Part shown: positions 12,420 through 25,300 of the stretch, one piece after another
Layout of the letters: the number at the start of each line of letters is the position of its first letter
Position numbering within the stretch: the first letter of the stretch is position 1
From: Hydrolagus colliei
Taxonomy: Eukaryota
NCBI GenBank assembly: GCA_035084275.1
Contig: CM068749.1
Coordinates: 18,228,001 to 18,292,000 of the forward strand
Reading direction: 5' to 3'
Length of the DNA: 64,000 nucleotides
Notes under the pieces: model-generated
Told to the model about the DNA's origin: nothing
The model's input: only the letters and a program-made list of their open reading frames with translations
Databases searched by the model: none
Position numbers and translations under genes: made by a program

Positions 12420-12560
12420 TATAGAACCAATCGACCGCATCCTGCAGCAACAAACCGTCAACTGCCACCGACCCGCGACGACACACAGACCGCGCGCCGG
12501 TCACGTGGCCGGGCGGCGGGGAAACAGCTTCGCCGCGTGACCGTTGGGAGTTCGCGTGAG
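12420..12560 (+). promoter_or_regulatory. HFM1: HFM1 promoter (small CpG island)
   Basis: CCAAT 12427-12431; MYB-type CAACTG 12459-12464 and CCGTTG 12541-12546; E-box TCACGTG 12501-12507; E2F-like GGCGGGGAAA 12515-12524. Confidence 0.7.
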
Positions 12561-12794
12561 CGGCGCCATCAGGGTGGGCGGCGACGGCAGTTCCTCCAGT
12601 TCATTTATTTTCTTCATTCCTTCCCTCCTTTCCCAGGAGCATCAGCCGCCGAGTAGATCAGAGCATCTCTATCTCTCTCTCAACCACTTGAGAGTCACAA
12701 ACAAGAGCATCTTCCACATCGAGAGTAAACATTTATTATTATTATTGGGTCTCCTTCAACGAATAACTACTGACTGCGTTGTGTTTTACTGCAG
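12550..12794 (+). other. HFM1: HFM1 non-coding exon 1 (start approximate)
   Basis: Lies downstream of the CpG promoter and ends at the donor CAG|GTAAAT (12794/12795). The ATG-containing exon follows at ~13370. Confidence 0.6.
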
Positions 12795-13387
12795 GTAAAT
12801 TCAGTTTATTTGAGGTTTGAATCTTCCCTTTTTAACAGTATTTCATCTCACCTCAACACAACATGTGACCCTGGCAGTTTGATTCTGTTGGTCGTCTTTG
12901 GGTCAGAGGAGGTTGTAAGTTTCTTATTTTAGTGTTGACATAAGAGTGCACCAGCGATCCTATTTATCAGTTGATTCAAATCCTATCTACTTGTACAGGT
13001 GAGGGGGGTTAAGATTCCCCTGGTATTGCTTGAAAATCGACCGTCTGTCCCCCAGTATCTTGGTCAACAATCTTCCAGATTAACTGGATCCAAATTAATT
13101 GGTCAATTACCTATTTCCGTCTGTTTGTGAGAATTTGGTGTTGCTGTGACTTTTATATGACTTTTATATGAAATGTGACTTTTGACCTGCAAAAGGCCCT
13201 GTAAATGTGCAAGTTCTTTGTTTCTTCAACTGCACAAAACATACAGTATATCCTGTGAAGCGCTTTGAGCCTTCTCGCAATCGTCAACAGGCGTTATATC
13301 ATATGCAAAAATTATTATGGTATATGTCTGTTATTGTGTTCATTCTGTTTGTATTTTCTGTCATGTTAGAGAGAGAGAGAGAACAGG

Positions 13388-16300
13388 ATGATGGAATTTG
13401 GAGAGGATTGCTTTTTACCCCTGGACACTTTGTTCTTTGAGAAACCTTCAGAAAAAGTGTATGTTGCTACAAGTTTTAATAACAAATTTAAGTTTCATTA
13501 GCAAAGGAGTAGAAGGTTATGCTGATGTTTAATTGAAGAAGGGCAGGAGAAGACTCATGTGGAGCATAAATATATTCCTGCTTAGACCCAAGTTGGATCG
13601 AATGGTCTGTTTCTGTGCTGTATATTCGATGATGACAACATAGCAGGGTTAGCAGTGTAACATAATTAAAGATGCCCACAAGTGTGAATAATTCGGAAGA
13701 ACCAAAATCCAAGTTATTCTTGTGAAGATTTTAAGATATTGTTGAAAATAAATTTCTGCATATTCTACTTGTACGGTTTCATTCAAAACTATTTTTATCT
13801 CTACTGTTTTTGGAATTGTTTTCTAATTTGCCAACAACAACGTGCAAGCTTGGGTACAATTCAATGAAGCTCTGGTATCTCACCCAAACATCTAGGTTGG
13901 TGATTTCACTAATTTGTTTAACTAATGGGGTCCCTCATTTTTTTATCAATCCATAAACATAATTTATTAGTTTAGCATAATTTACAGCTAATGTTAAAAA
14001 TCAAGTCAATTTTACAACTGGTCTTGATTAAGAAGAGTCAATGGGGCGTTTAAAGTCATTAGAAGTACAGTATCAAGCAAATCCTGTATACAGGTATTTG
14101 CCTTGTTTTATACTGAATATTTGCAGTTGGCAGGGTACAGCGTTTGGTTTATTAACGACCACAGTATATGTAATTCAACTGTTTATTTCCTAAAATGAAT
14201 AAACTCTTTTATTAAATTTATGCATTTGGTGCATTAAGGTGCTCCATTAATACTTTTAACAGGAAATTGAGCAATCAAGAGCACACGAGTCAGACGATTA
14301 CCCCAGCTCTACCAATTATTGAAATACCAGCTACTCGGGAACTGCAGAAAGAGCTAGAAATATTAAGCTCTTCAGGTACTATACATTACTTTTTATTTTC
14401 CTATACCCCATTTTTCCGTGAAAGGAGGGGGGATGTACAGTTGGTTCACTTTACAGTATATTCTGTGAAGCGCATTGGGATGTTTCAAAGACGTGAACAG
14501 CACTATATCAAATGCAAGGATTATTATTACATTTCAAAACACATTTTAATGTGATTCTTTAAATAATAATAGTAATAATCGTTGCATATAGCGCATTATG
14601 TTGAGATGTCTCAAAACCCTCACAGAATAAACTAAAGTGAATTTACTGTATATTTTGTGGGTGAAACTAGGAATTGAATATGTTTAGGAATATTGCAATT
14701 ATAACTTTACTATCTAATTTAGTATTCAACTTAAGACTATTCATTTTACTTTGTGCTTTATTTTGCAGGTATCAATCAGTCATCGAGGAAATTTTTCCCA
14801 CCTTTCAAGAAAGATGAAAATATGTGCCCATCACAAATGGCTCTTGAATCCAAATATACATATATCCCAGTCAAACGCAAAACATTTGAATTAGGGATAA
14901 ATAACTCTTTAAAAAGTCAATCGGGATTTAATTTCAGAAATGATAATTCAACCAGTTTTTTAAATGAATGTGAAGGACATAGCAGACAACAGCAAAAACA
15001 CACTGTCAATTTACATGATAATTTGAATTGTCAGAATATTTTACACAATTCTGAGGAAAAAGATAAAAGTCCTAACTCGTTCAGAAAACGGTAATTTTCT
15101 AAATTATTGTGTTATGCAAAGATTCTGCATTGCCTACTATTGTGTTTCCATTGTGTAGTGCAGGGCCCTGCAAAGTCATGTCCTCCCTCAGCGAATCGAG
15201 GTATTACTAGCAAACATGCTTTCTTCGCAATGTTTATGCAAGACTTTACTTCGAAACAAAGATTGTGCCCTCTTTGTTGTGAATCTAATGCTATTACATT
15301 GTGTATGTAGGGTAACCTGTATTTTACTTTTTTAGTACACAAAAAATTTGGGAACATTAGACTTGGTTGCCTAATGTTCTGCTTTAGTTTATTTGTGCAT
15401 TAAGAAGTTTGATTAAATAATAATGTGTAGTTTTTCAAATTAACAACAAAATCAGTATATTTTATCACATGGACTGAAATGTTTGACATTTATGACCCAT
15501 TTTTGTATTTCCCTGTAGCTTATTCAAAAAACCACTAGCGGGAACAAATGGTGACTGCTTTTCCTCCTTTGAGAAGTCAGTGTTGTGCAGTGAAACAAAT
15601 AGCTTTAGAAATTTTGCTGTGAAAGAAAATGAATATGATGTGATGGACGTTACCAATCGCAGAAATCAGAACGAGTCTTATGTGAAAAAAGCACGTGTGC
15701 TTCCCATGGTACCACAATCACTTAACCTGAAAGGTAAGACATAATAATAACAATCTCTGCATTGGGTATACTCTAGAGCCGTATCACATCATTGAGACTT
15801 CACAAAATACTTCACACAATTTACTGTAAACTGGTGTCTGTATGTTTTGTAAAAAAAACACGGCAGCCAATTTGTGCACAGCAATGTCCCATAAACTATC
15901 ACAATGTAAATGACATATTTTATTTGGGGGCGCCAGGTCATCTGGAGAACTGCCTTTTCCAATAGTGTTTGGCATCTTTAACAACCACATGAATAGTCAA
16001 TAGACTGCAGCATGGTATCGGAATTTTAAACTAGTAGTGGGTGAAAAAGGTTTTTGCTGTTGGGTTTTGTGTTTTATAAAACTAAATAAGGATAATAGGC
16101 ATAAATACAACACCTTGCTAATCACCTAACAACAACTTCAATTTATATAGCGCCCTCCACGCCGGATGGCGTCTCAGAGCGCTTCACAATAACGGATCCC
16201 GGGACTGGGGCAGGGGTAGAAAGGTGACTAAAGGCACGGTAGAAGAGAAAGGTCTTTAGCTGAGACCTGAAACTGGGAAGAGAGGTGGGCGAGGCAAAGG

Positions 16301-19300
16301 GAGTCAGGAAGGGAGTTCCAGAGCCTCGGGGAGTAGTGGCTGAAGGCACGGCCACCGGTGGTGGAGAGGAGGATTTGGGGGACAAGGAGGAGGCCAGACC
16401 CAGTGGAGTGAAGGAAACGGGTGCTGGTTTGAGAAGAGAGGAGGTCGGAGAGGAAGCAGGGGTGCAGAGGAGTGGAGGGATTTGAAAACAAGGGTGAGGA
16501 TGTTGAAGTCGATCCTCTCTGGGACAGGGCGCCAGTGAAGTCTGGCAAGGACAGGAGTAATGGGGGAGCGAAGTTTGGTGCGGGTGAGAATGCGGGCGAC
16601 AGAGTTTTGAATGAGTTGGATTTTATGGATTGTGGTGGAGGGGAGACCGGTGAGGAGGGCATTGGAATAGTCCAGCTGAGAGGTGACAAAGGCGTGGACC
16701 GGGGTTTCAGCAGCTTTTGGGCGAGATATTGCCGGAGACGGGCAATCTGTTGGAGGTGGAAAAAAGTAGTGCTGATGAGGGACCGAATGTGTGGGAGGAA
16801 GGACAGTTGGGGGTCGAACCTGACGCCTAGGTTGCGCACGGGATCCTACGGTGCTATCAAGTTAGCATTAGAAATGTTAAAATTCAGTTGCTCCACAAGG
16901 ACCAAATTATGACCTTTATTCTAGCAGTTGACTAACAAAAAGTTTCAGCAACCTAGGATACTTCTACATTTCTTCATCCTGTGCACCGTTCTTACTTCAA
17001 CATAAAACATAGTTTCAACATAAAACATGTGAAGTCTTAGGCTGCCAGATAACCAGGAAGGAAATGGTTGAAAAATGGAAATAGAGCGTTCACAAATTCA
17101 ACTGGAAACAAATTATGGAATGAATAACTGAAAATCATACACCAAAACATACTGCAACCCACACAAGCTGAACAAATAGTTATTCATAATGATCCTAGCA
17201 TTTGATATAGCCCCTTATCACATCTTTGAGACATCTCAAATCACTTCACAGAATATACTGTAAAATGTAGTGACTGTATATTTGAACAACATCACTTACT
17301 CTTCTCCTGAAGATGGGAATGCAGTTGCATGTACTGCATAATAAATGCATGCAACTACAATATTGTTCCCAGTTACAGAAAGTTACAGCTTTCAAGAGAT
17401 GAGGGAATATGAACTTAGTGTTTCAGGTTGAAAGATGTGTGGCCTTTGCAATCATTTAAAAATTATTGTTTTATTACTTACAGATGCAACAGGAAAGAAT
17501 TCAGGAACATTGAGACCAGTTACTGAAATTTGTATCCTTAGATCTGTAGACTTTGATAGTAAATAATATGAAAACGATAATTTTATTGTGAACAAAATGT
17601 ACATTCTGTCAAATTTTCTTGTGTTGTTTAGAAGTTTTACACTACTGGGGTATCTTTTAAAAATGGAACTGAGTATATTCCACCCTCAATGTAAACCATG
17701 CTTGGAGCTTTATGTTGTACACCATTTTTTTTAAGCAAGTGTTATAGATCAATATTGCCACTAGATGGCAAGAGCTGCACGTGCAAATATGTTTTAGAAC
17801 TGTATTTACTGATAAAAATTGAATATACAGTATTTGAAGAAAGTGCAAAAGGTACACAGTGAAATAAGTAATTTATTCAAGAGTTAAACTTAATGGAATA
17901 CTCATTGGTAAATATTATGGTAAATAAATTGCCTTAACATGATTCCACAAAGCTATTCAATTCAGAAGCATTTTCAAAGAATTTCCTTATTTCAACTATA
18001 TACAGTCCAAAGCACTGGATGATGTACGTATTCTAAATTAGAAGCATTAATGACCCTGTTCTTTAATTCAGAGGTTTGTTGCAACATTTATGCAAGAGTA
18101 GCAAGAATGAAAACATCATAGTTAAGTGTATTATCTTCCAGAAATGTGACAAAATGCCACTTTTGATAATTGTTGCTAGTCCGAGGGCTCAGAAAACATC
18201 TGGATGTAATTTTCCATAAAATTACCCACCATGACAACAGAATATCTTCCACTTGCCAATGGAACAAATACTGCAACAACAAAGAATTAATCACAAGAAT
18301 GTTAAATTAGGTGCCACAATTTGCCAGAAGTTAGATCCTTAATGCTATTTAAGAACATACCGACACACTGGTCATGAACAATGGGTGGGAGGGAGGTGCT
18401 CATGAAGGGAAGCAAAGAAAGATGATTTGATGCGATCAGCAACGTTATGCATGAATTCCTGTAGTGTGCACTTTGATCCATGTTTTCACTGCCAATGATC
18501 AAGAGTATCCAAGAACAAAAGTGCAACAGCGTGGCAAACATTGCATGCAATATATTCTGCTTTATTCCCACATCCAAGCCTGGTACTCATTTTATCTACC
18601 TTGGAAGGTTGAGGAAACAACAACAAAATTACATTTATAGAGCGCCTTTCACGCCTGGAGGATATCCCAAGGCGCTGAACAATCAAGTCTGGACCCGAGC
18701 AAGGGAGGGCCAGGGGAGGGAGAGAGTTGGGAGGGCAGCAGAAGGCATGATCAAACAGGAGGGTCTTGAGACCTGCCTTGAAGGAGGCAAGGGAGGAAAT
18801 GAGGCTAAGGGACTGTGGGATGGAGTTCCAGAGTGGGGGCAGATTAATGTTTAATCTGATTGAATTGTCTGACCTGAATATAGACATGAGCATTTTGCCT
18901 TCAACAAAGAACACCTAATTATAAGTGTGGATGAGAAGCAAGAAATCAATGCTACAGCTACCACTGAACTTCCAGAAATGGTATTCCAGAATACCATAAA
19001 ATCTTGCAATATTAAATTGTCAGGGAAATGAAGCCTGTCTGTAGAGAATAGAAAAGTTGTAATCAGTCTTATAGTGGAGAAAACTAAACAATAGAGATTC
19101 TAACACCTTCCAACTTTACTTTGAAATTCTAAATGAAGTGGGGAACGAATTAATTATAACATATCCCTTAAAATTATTAGGCTTACAATGTTTTAAGTGT
19201 TAATAATAAAAATATTGTGCAATAGGTTTTTGTTTCTTCTTGAAGGTTCCAGATTCAAATCTGATCTGATTTAGGCAATCTCAACAACAGCTTGCATTTA

Positions 19301-22300
19301 TAAAGCACCGTTCACGTTTTCAGCTGGTAGTTGAGCATTACAAATGACCTCAGTACTCCAGTACAACAATAGAAATAAAATTTACATTGATATAGAGCTT
19401 TTCATGCCCATAGGATGTCCCAAAGCACTTAACAGTACTGACTGGGCATCTGAACTGTGGGTGGGAACTGAGGTGATTGGGAAAGGAACAGATGAATAGG
19501 CTTGCAAGGAGAAAATCAGCCAGCATTCTCACTCTTGATTGCTATCCTGCTAGAAAGCCTATATGGATATGGATGATAACAAGTTTGACCTCAGCTATGA
19601 TACCGCCCACTGTAGATCAGCTGTCCAAATGATTAACCAAATAATACTAAAATACATTAATCTTGAATAAAATGTACATTAACCCAGTGAATTTTACATT
19701 AATAAATATATTTGTGCTTCGCAGACTATCTGCATTTGATTAGTGAATTCCTTTTCACTTGAATTAGATCAGAGGTTGCCTGTGCTTGTGTCATTGAGTA
19801 CATCTTACATTTTTAGAAATTTTGCAATAGCATAGAAGCTCTTTGAGAATGTTCCTGTTTTGAAGAAATTACTAAAATATGACGAACAAATACTTTAAGC
19901 ATCTTCTGAATGTAGTTGAATAATGAATACCTCAGACATGTCTTGAATGTAGATGAATGTTGTGCTTGTAGCAATGCTGGTGTAATCTGTAAGGTGTTGC
20001 TGCATGCTTTTACTTTCTATTAATAACTCCTATTGGAGTACATTGTGTGCTATTCATATTGTGCATAATGTGTAAATCCAATGTACACAAAGAGAATTAA
20101 CCAATGAACAACCACGAAATTACATTTATACGTTGGGAGGACGTCCAATCAATGAAACTAGATATATACATAATATATAGATATATATACATAAGTTGTG
20201 TGTTCAACAGCAACAACAAAATTACACTTGTTTAGTGCCTTTCACATCAGGAGGACGTTCCAAGGCTCTGGAAAATCATTGTTTCAGATCCAAGCTGAGG
20301 TCGGGGATGGGGAGGGTGGAGGGAAAGGGAAGGATTTGGGGTGACCGATGGGACAGTCAAAGTGGAGGGTCTTGAGGGGGGACTTGAAGGAAGCCAGTTA
20401 GGGGGAGAGGCGAAGGGAGGGTGGGATGGAGTTCCAGAGGCTGTGGACAGAGTGGCTGAAAGCTCGCCCGCCGATGGAGGGGGCAGGGGACGTGGAGAAG
20501 GCCAGAGCCTGCTGAGCGAAGGTAGTGGGTAGGTTGGTAGGGGTTTAGGAGGTCACAGATGTAGGTTGGGGAGAGGCTGTGGAGGGCTTTGAATGTGAGG
20601 ACCAGGATCTTGAATTGGATCTTCTGGTGATGGAGAGCCAGTGGATTCGGGGGAGATGGGGATCACGAAGCTTGGAGTGGTATAGGACATAGGCCTGGAG
20701 TGCTGGATTATTTGCAACCTGTGGAGGGAGGAATTGGGAAGGCTGACAAGCAGGGCGTTTGCATAGTCGAGCCGGGATGCGATGAAGGCATGAATGAGGG
20801 TTTCATCGGCCTTGGGGTGAGGTAATGGTGGAGTCGGGTAATATTGCGGAGGTGAGGGAAGGCAGAGCGTATCATTGCTTGGATGTGGAGGAGAAAAAAC
20901 AGTTGAGGATCAAACAACACACCTAGGTTCCTGACTGGCTTGGTGAGGTTGAGTGTGCAACCATGGAAGTTGATGCTGCCAGTGCTTAATGCGTGAAGGC
21001 GCTGGCACGAGCCAGTTAAGAGGGCTTATTGACATTCAACTGTAGATAGTTAGCTGTCATCCAGGACTTGATGTCTGACAGACTTTCAAGACAATAGTGA
21101 TCCTGGCATAGAGGGTAGAGGTAGAAAGATAGTTGGGTGAATCCGCATGCATGTGGAAATTGATCCCAAGTCTGCAGATGATGTCATCAAGGGAGAGCAT
21201 GTAGATGGTAGAGAGTAGGGGGAGCCACGGACAGAGCCCTGGGGGACACCACAGGTGACAGTGAGGGGGCTGGAAGAGAATATAGTATAGTGTAAGTAAA
21301 TTGTATGATACTTGTTGCTCAGCGTGTACAACATATAGTGTAATTCAAATAAGCACCTGTGTTATCAACTAAACCTAAAACTTTTTCTATTTCTCTAGCT
21401 TCTGTATACAGCTAAGAATTTTGTGATGTGTTCCCCAACTGGATCTGGAAAGACTGTCATATTTGAGCTAGCCATTATCAGATTACTGATGGAAGTTCCA
21501 AAACCATGGTCCAATATAAAAATTGTATACAGTAAGTACACCAGTAAAGGTTTTTATTGTTTTCCCGTGGTAAGGCTGGTTTTTGAAATGGTGTTTTAAC
21601 TTTCACAACTTTTATTATTTTAAGCATGCAATTAATTTCAAATAAAGAATTGTGATATATTTCCTGGTATTTCGGTATCTGCACTAGTGGACCAGAAAGA
21701 AATTACACAAAAAAAGGAATTAATTTAATTAGCTTTACCTAAACCAATAGAATAACCCACTGCAACAGGTGAGGTACTATTAATGTGTAACAGCCAAATA
21801 CTTATTGTTGATATGTTATGATCTGTATGGAAACAAAGAACGTTGAATAGATAGAGTATTGATACCATGCTATATGACGTCATCAAGATGTCTCAAAGCA
21901 CTTCGCAGGTAAAGTTTAGTGACTGTATTTGTAAGTAAACGTAGCAGCCAATTTGTGCACAGCAGTGCCTCATAAACAACCATGAAGTGAGTGAATAATT
22001 TTAACTGAGTGATTTTTGGCTTAAAACACTTGGAGGAACTTGTTTCTCTTTGGAATAACGTAATCTTTAATGTCTGCCAGAATAGGCAGACAGGGCCTTG
22101 GCTTAACTGCATGTCTGAAATTGTTGGAGACAGCACCTCCAACAATGCAGGTGTCTTAGCATTGCACTGGAGTGTCATTTCTAGTTCTAGACTATAAACT
22201 CAATGTGGGGTTTGAACCATGGCTCTAACTCAGACAAGAGTGCTGCCAACTAAGGCAGGTTAACAGACTACACATTGACATAGTCCAAGGTTGTCTTTTT

Positions 22301-25300
22301 ATTTAACTGTTGGTATATGGAGGAATGCGCAATACCTGAGAAGAAAAATACAGGCAATCTACCTATCTGGATATAGTAAAAATAAATAGCTAATCCAGAA
22401 TATCCATGTTTATATTATATCTGTTAATGTTCACAACTTTCTTTCTGGGTTGATTTGATTAGTTTACTTTTTTAGCTTCATGTAAAGCTTCTCTCTAAAA
22501 GTGATACCACATTTTATTTAGTGGCGCCAATCAAGGCCTTATGCAGTCAGCGACATGACGACTGGAAAGAAAAGTTTGGACCTATTGGACTGAATTGTAA
22601 AGAGCTCACTGGCGACACAGAGATGGATGAGTACTTTGAGATTTTGGATGCCCACATTATTATGACTACTCCAGTGAGTTTCTAGGAACAGTTAAAAGTA
22701 AACAACATTAGACGCAAACAAACATACCAGTGTACAGTTGTAGAAGTGTGTAAAATACACCAAAGAATGTTTCTTTAATCCTTAGATTATCTACGAAAGA
22801 TCTATCAAAACTGTTAACATTATTTTGTTTTATGGTCAGCTATTGTGAATCAAACATCCAGATAGATTTTATTATAGTAATACTGTACAATTAAATTAAT
22901 GCATTAACGTTACTGTATTATAGTAATGCAGTAACGTTAATGCATTAATTTTAAAAGAAAAAGATTGACAGACTCTTAGTAGTTATGATCCAATGAATTT
23001 CCAGCGGACATAGATTTGAATATTAGGCAAGGTTATTTAATTGAAAGGACTAGCTGAATAGGTCAAACATTTGATTAATGTCTTTACTCCTGGAAGTTAG
23101 ACAATGCATAAGCCTTGTTGCTTATGACTCATTTTACACCTCAATTAATCTCTTTGAAGAAACAATTGGACTGATTGCTTTATTGTAACATCTATTTTAC
23201 ATAGGCCCCACTATTTCCCATCAAATATAATCATTGTATATTATGTTCACGTGTGTCAGATTATTTATGCTCAGATTCCAATTTTTCAAGGAAAAATGGG
23301 ATGTAATGACAAGAAAATGGAGAGATAATTCATTAGTCCAGCTCGTTCGGCTCTTCCTCATTGATGAGGTAAAAATCAAAGTTTTATATTTTTAGACATT
23401 AAATTATTCTGCTGATTGTTTTGGGATTTAAATTACTTAAGAAGGCCTTTATCTAAATAAGTCTGGATATTTTTATGTAAAGAAAAAACAATCACTTACT
23501 CAGATATTTAACACTCGAGATTACAGTGGTAAATGTGACATTATACTCTAGGTACATGTTGTGAAAGATGAATGCCGTGGTGCAACTCTTGAAGTTGTAG
23601 TTTCCAGAATGAAAACATGTCAGTCAACTACCTTGCGACTATCACACCAACCTGATATTGATGCCACATTGAGAATTGTAGCAATTTCCGCAACAATTCC
23701 TAATATTGAAGATGTAAGTCCAGCTGATAAAATATATAATACTTTAGTGAAAATAGTAACATTTTGTAGAAAGTTCAAGTTCACTTAAGTTTTTTGCATA
23801 TTTTAATTTTCCTTTCTAAGATAGCAGAATGGCTATCAGATGGAAAAGGACCAGCTGTTTTCATGAAGATGGATGAAAGCTATCGCCCAGTAAAACTACG
23901 CAAAGTTGTTCTTGGATTTCCTTTCTCCAACACTCAAAATGAGTTCAGATTTGACTTGTCTCTTAATTACAAAATAGCTAGTGTTATACAAACATACTCC
24001 GAACAGAAACCTGCACTTGTGGTATTTGTCTTTTTAATTCTATTTCTGGACTTAATTCTTTCACCAGTAAACTTGGAATTCTGTTCATCAAATGTAATTT
24101 TTTATTTTGCAGTTCTGTGCTACACGAAAAGGTGTGCAACAGGCTGCATCTATACTTGTAAAAGATGCCAAATTTGTCATGAGTATAGAACATAAACAAA
24201 GGTAATTCTAAAAAATATTTTCTCCTGAACTGTCATAAGACAAAATTAATTTGATAGTGAAAAAACAAAAACATTTCAATAATCATTCTGCATAATATCA
24301 CTGTTTTTTAAAATACCAACAGATTGCAAAAATATTCAAACTCAATCAAAGAGTCCAAACTTAGAGGTTCGTATTTAATTTAGTTATGCTTTTAAAATGA
24401 GAAATTAATTAAGTCCAATGTTTTTACCAAAATTAAAACATGTATATGAATTTTAATAGATTTGTTATTGTATGGAGTTGGTTATCATCATGCTGGCATT
24501 GATCTGTCTGACAGAAAATACACTGAAGCTGCCTTCACTGCAGGAGACTTGCCAGTACTTTGTGAGTGCAGTTTCTTATTACATTTTTAGACTATCTTTA
24601 CATTTATTTGCGTTCATGTTTGATGTACCGTATTGCTACTTGTTCAATCAATGGATCATCATCATTATTATTAATAGCATGCTAAATAAAACACTTATTC
24701 ATCAATTCACATTGATACAATTTGTGACTAATTGCGTGACTAATCTGAAATGTATATTTATCAATTACAGTATAACATTTCTAGTCTTATTTTACTGTTT
24801 TAGTTACTACTAGCACCTTAGCTATGGGAGTCAACTTGCCGGCACACTTAGTAGTCATTAAATCTACAATGCATTATGCAGCAGGAATGTTTCAGGAATA
24901 CAGTGAAACAGATATACTGCAAATGATTGGACGAGCTGGACGACCTCAGGTAAACTATAACATTATCCATGAATGCTTTTATTTCATGTTGTCCATTATT
25001 TTATATTTATCCCACTAGTTAGGTCTCCATTGCATTACACAGTTTTCAAGATAAGTGAGCAAATGAAATCTATAAAATTGTTAGAGCAAGTTACAGCAGA
25101 ATCCTGCAATATTTCGGACACATTTATTTTGCCGGTCTATCTGCCCTTCGTGCATATCAACTTCTAACCAACATTTGTAAAATACAAAATATAGTAGTTT
25201 TCTCATGTGCATAAATATATGAAGAACACTTCAATACAAAAGTTCTTATAGTTAATATTTAATATCATATTTTGTTGCGAATTCTTCCAGTTTGATACAA

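Noticed and set aside
16228-16912. Long ORFs (203 aa minus strand, 146 aa plus strand)
   Set aside because: A frameshifted L2 ORF2 remnant and its antisense shadow; not host genes.
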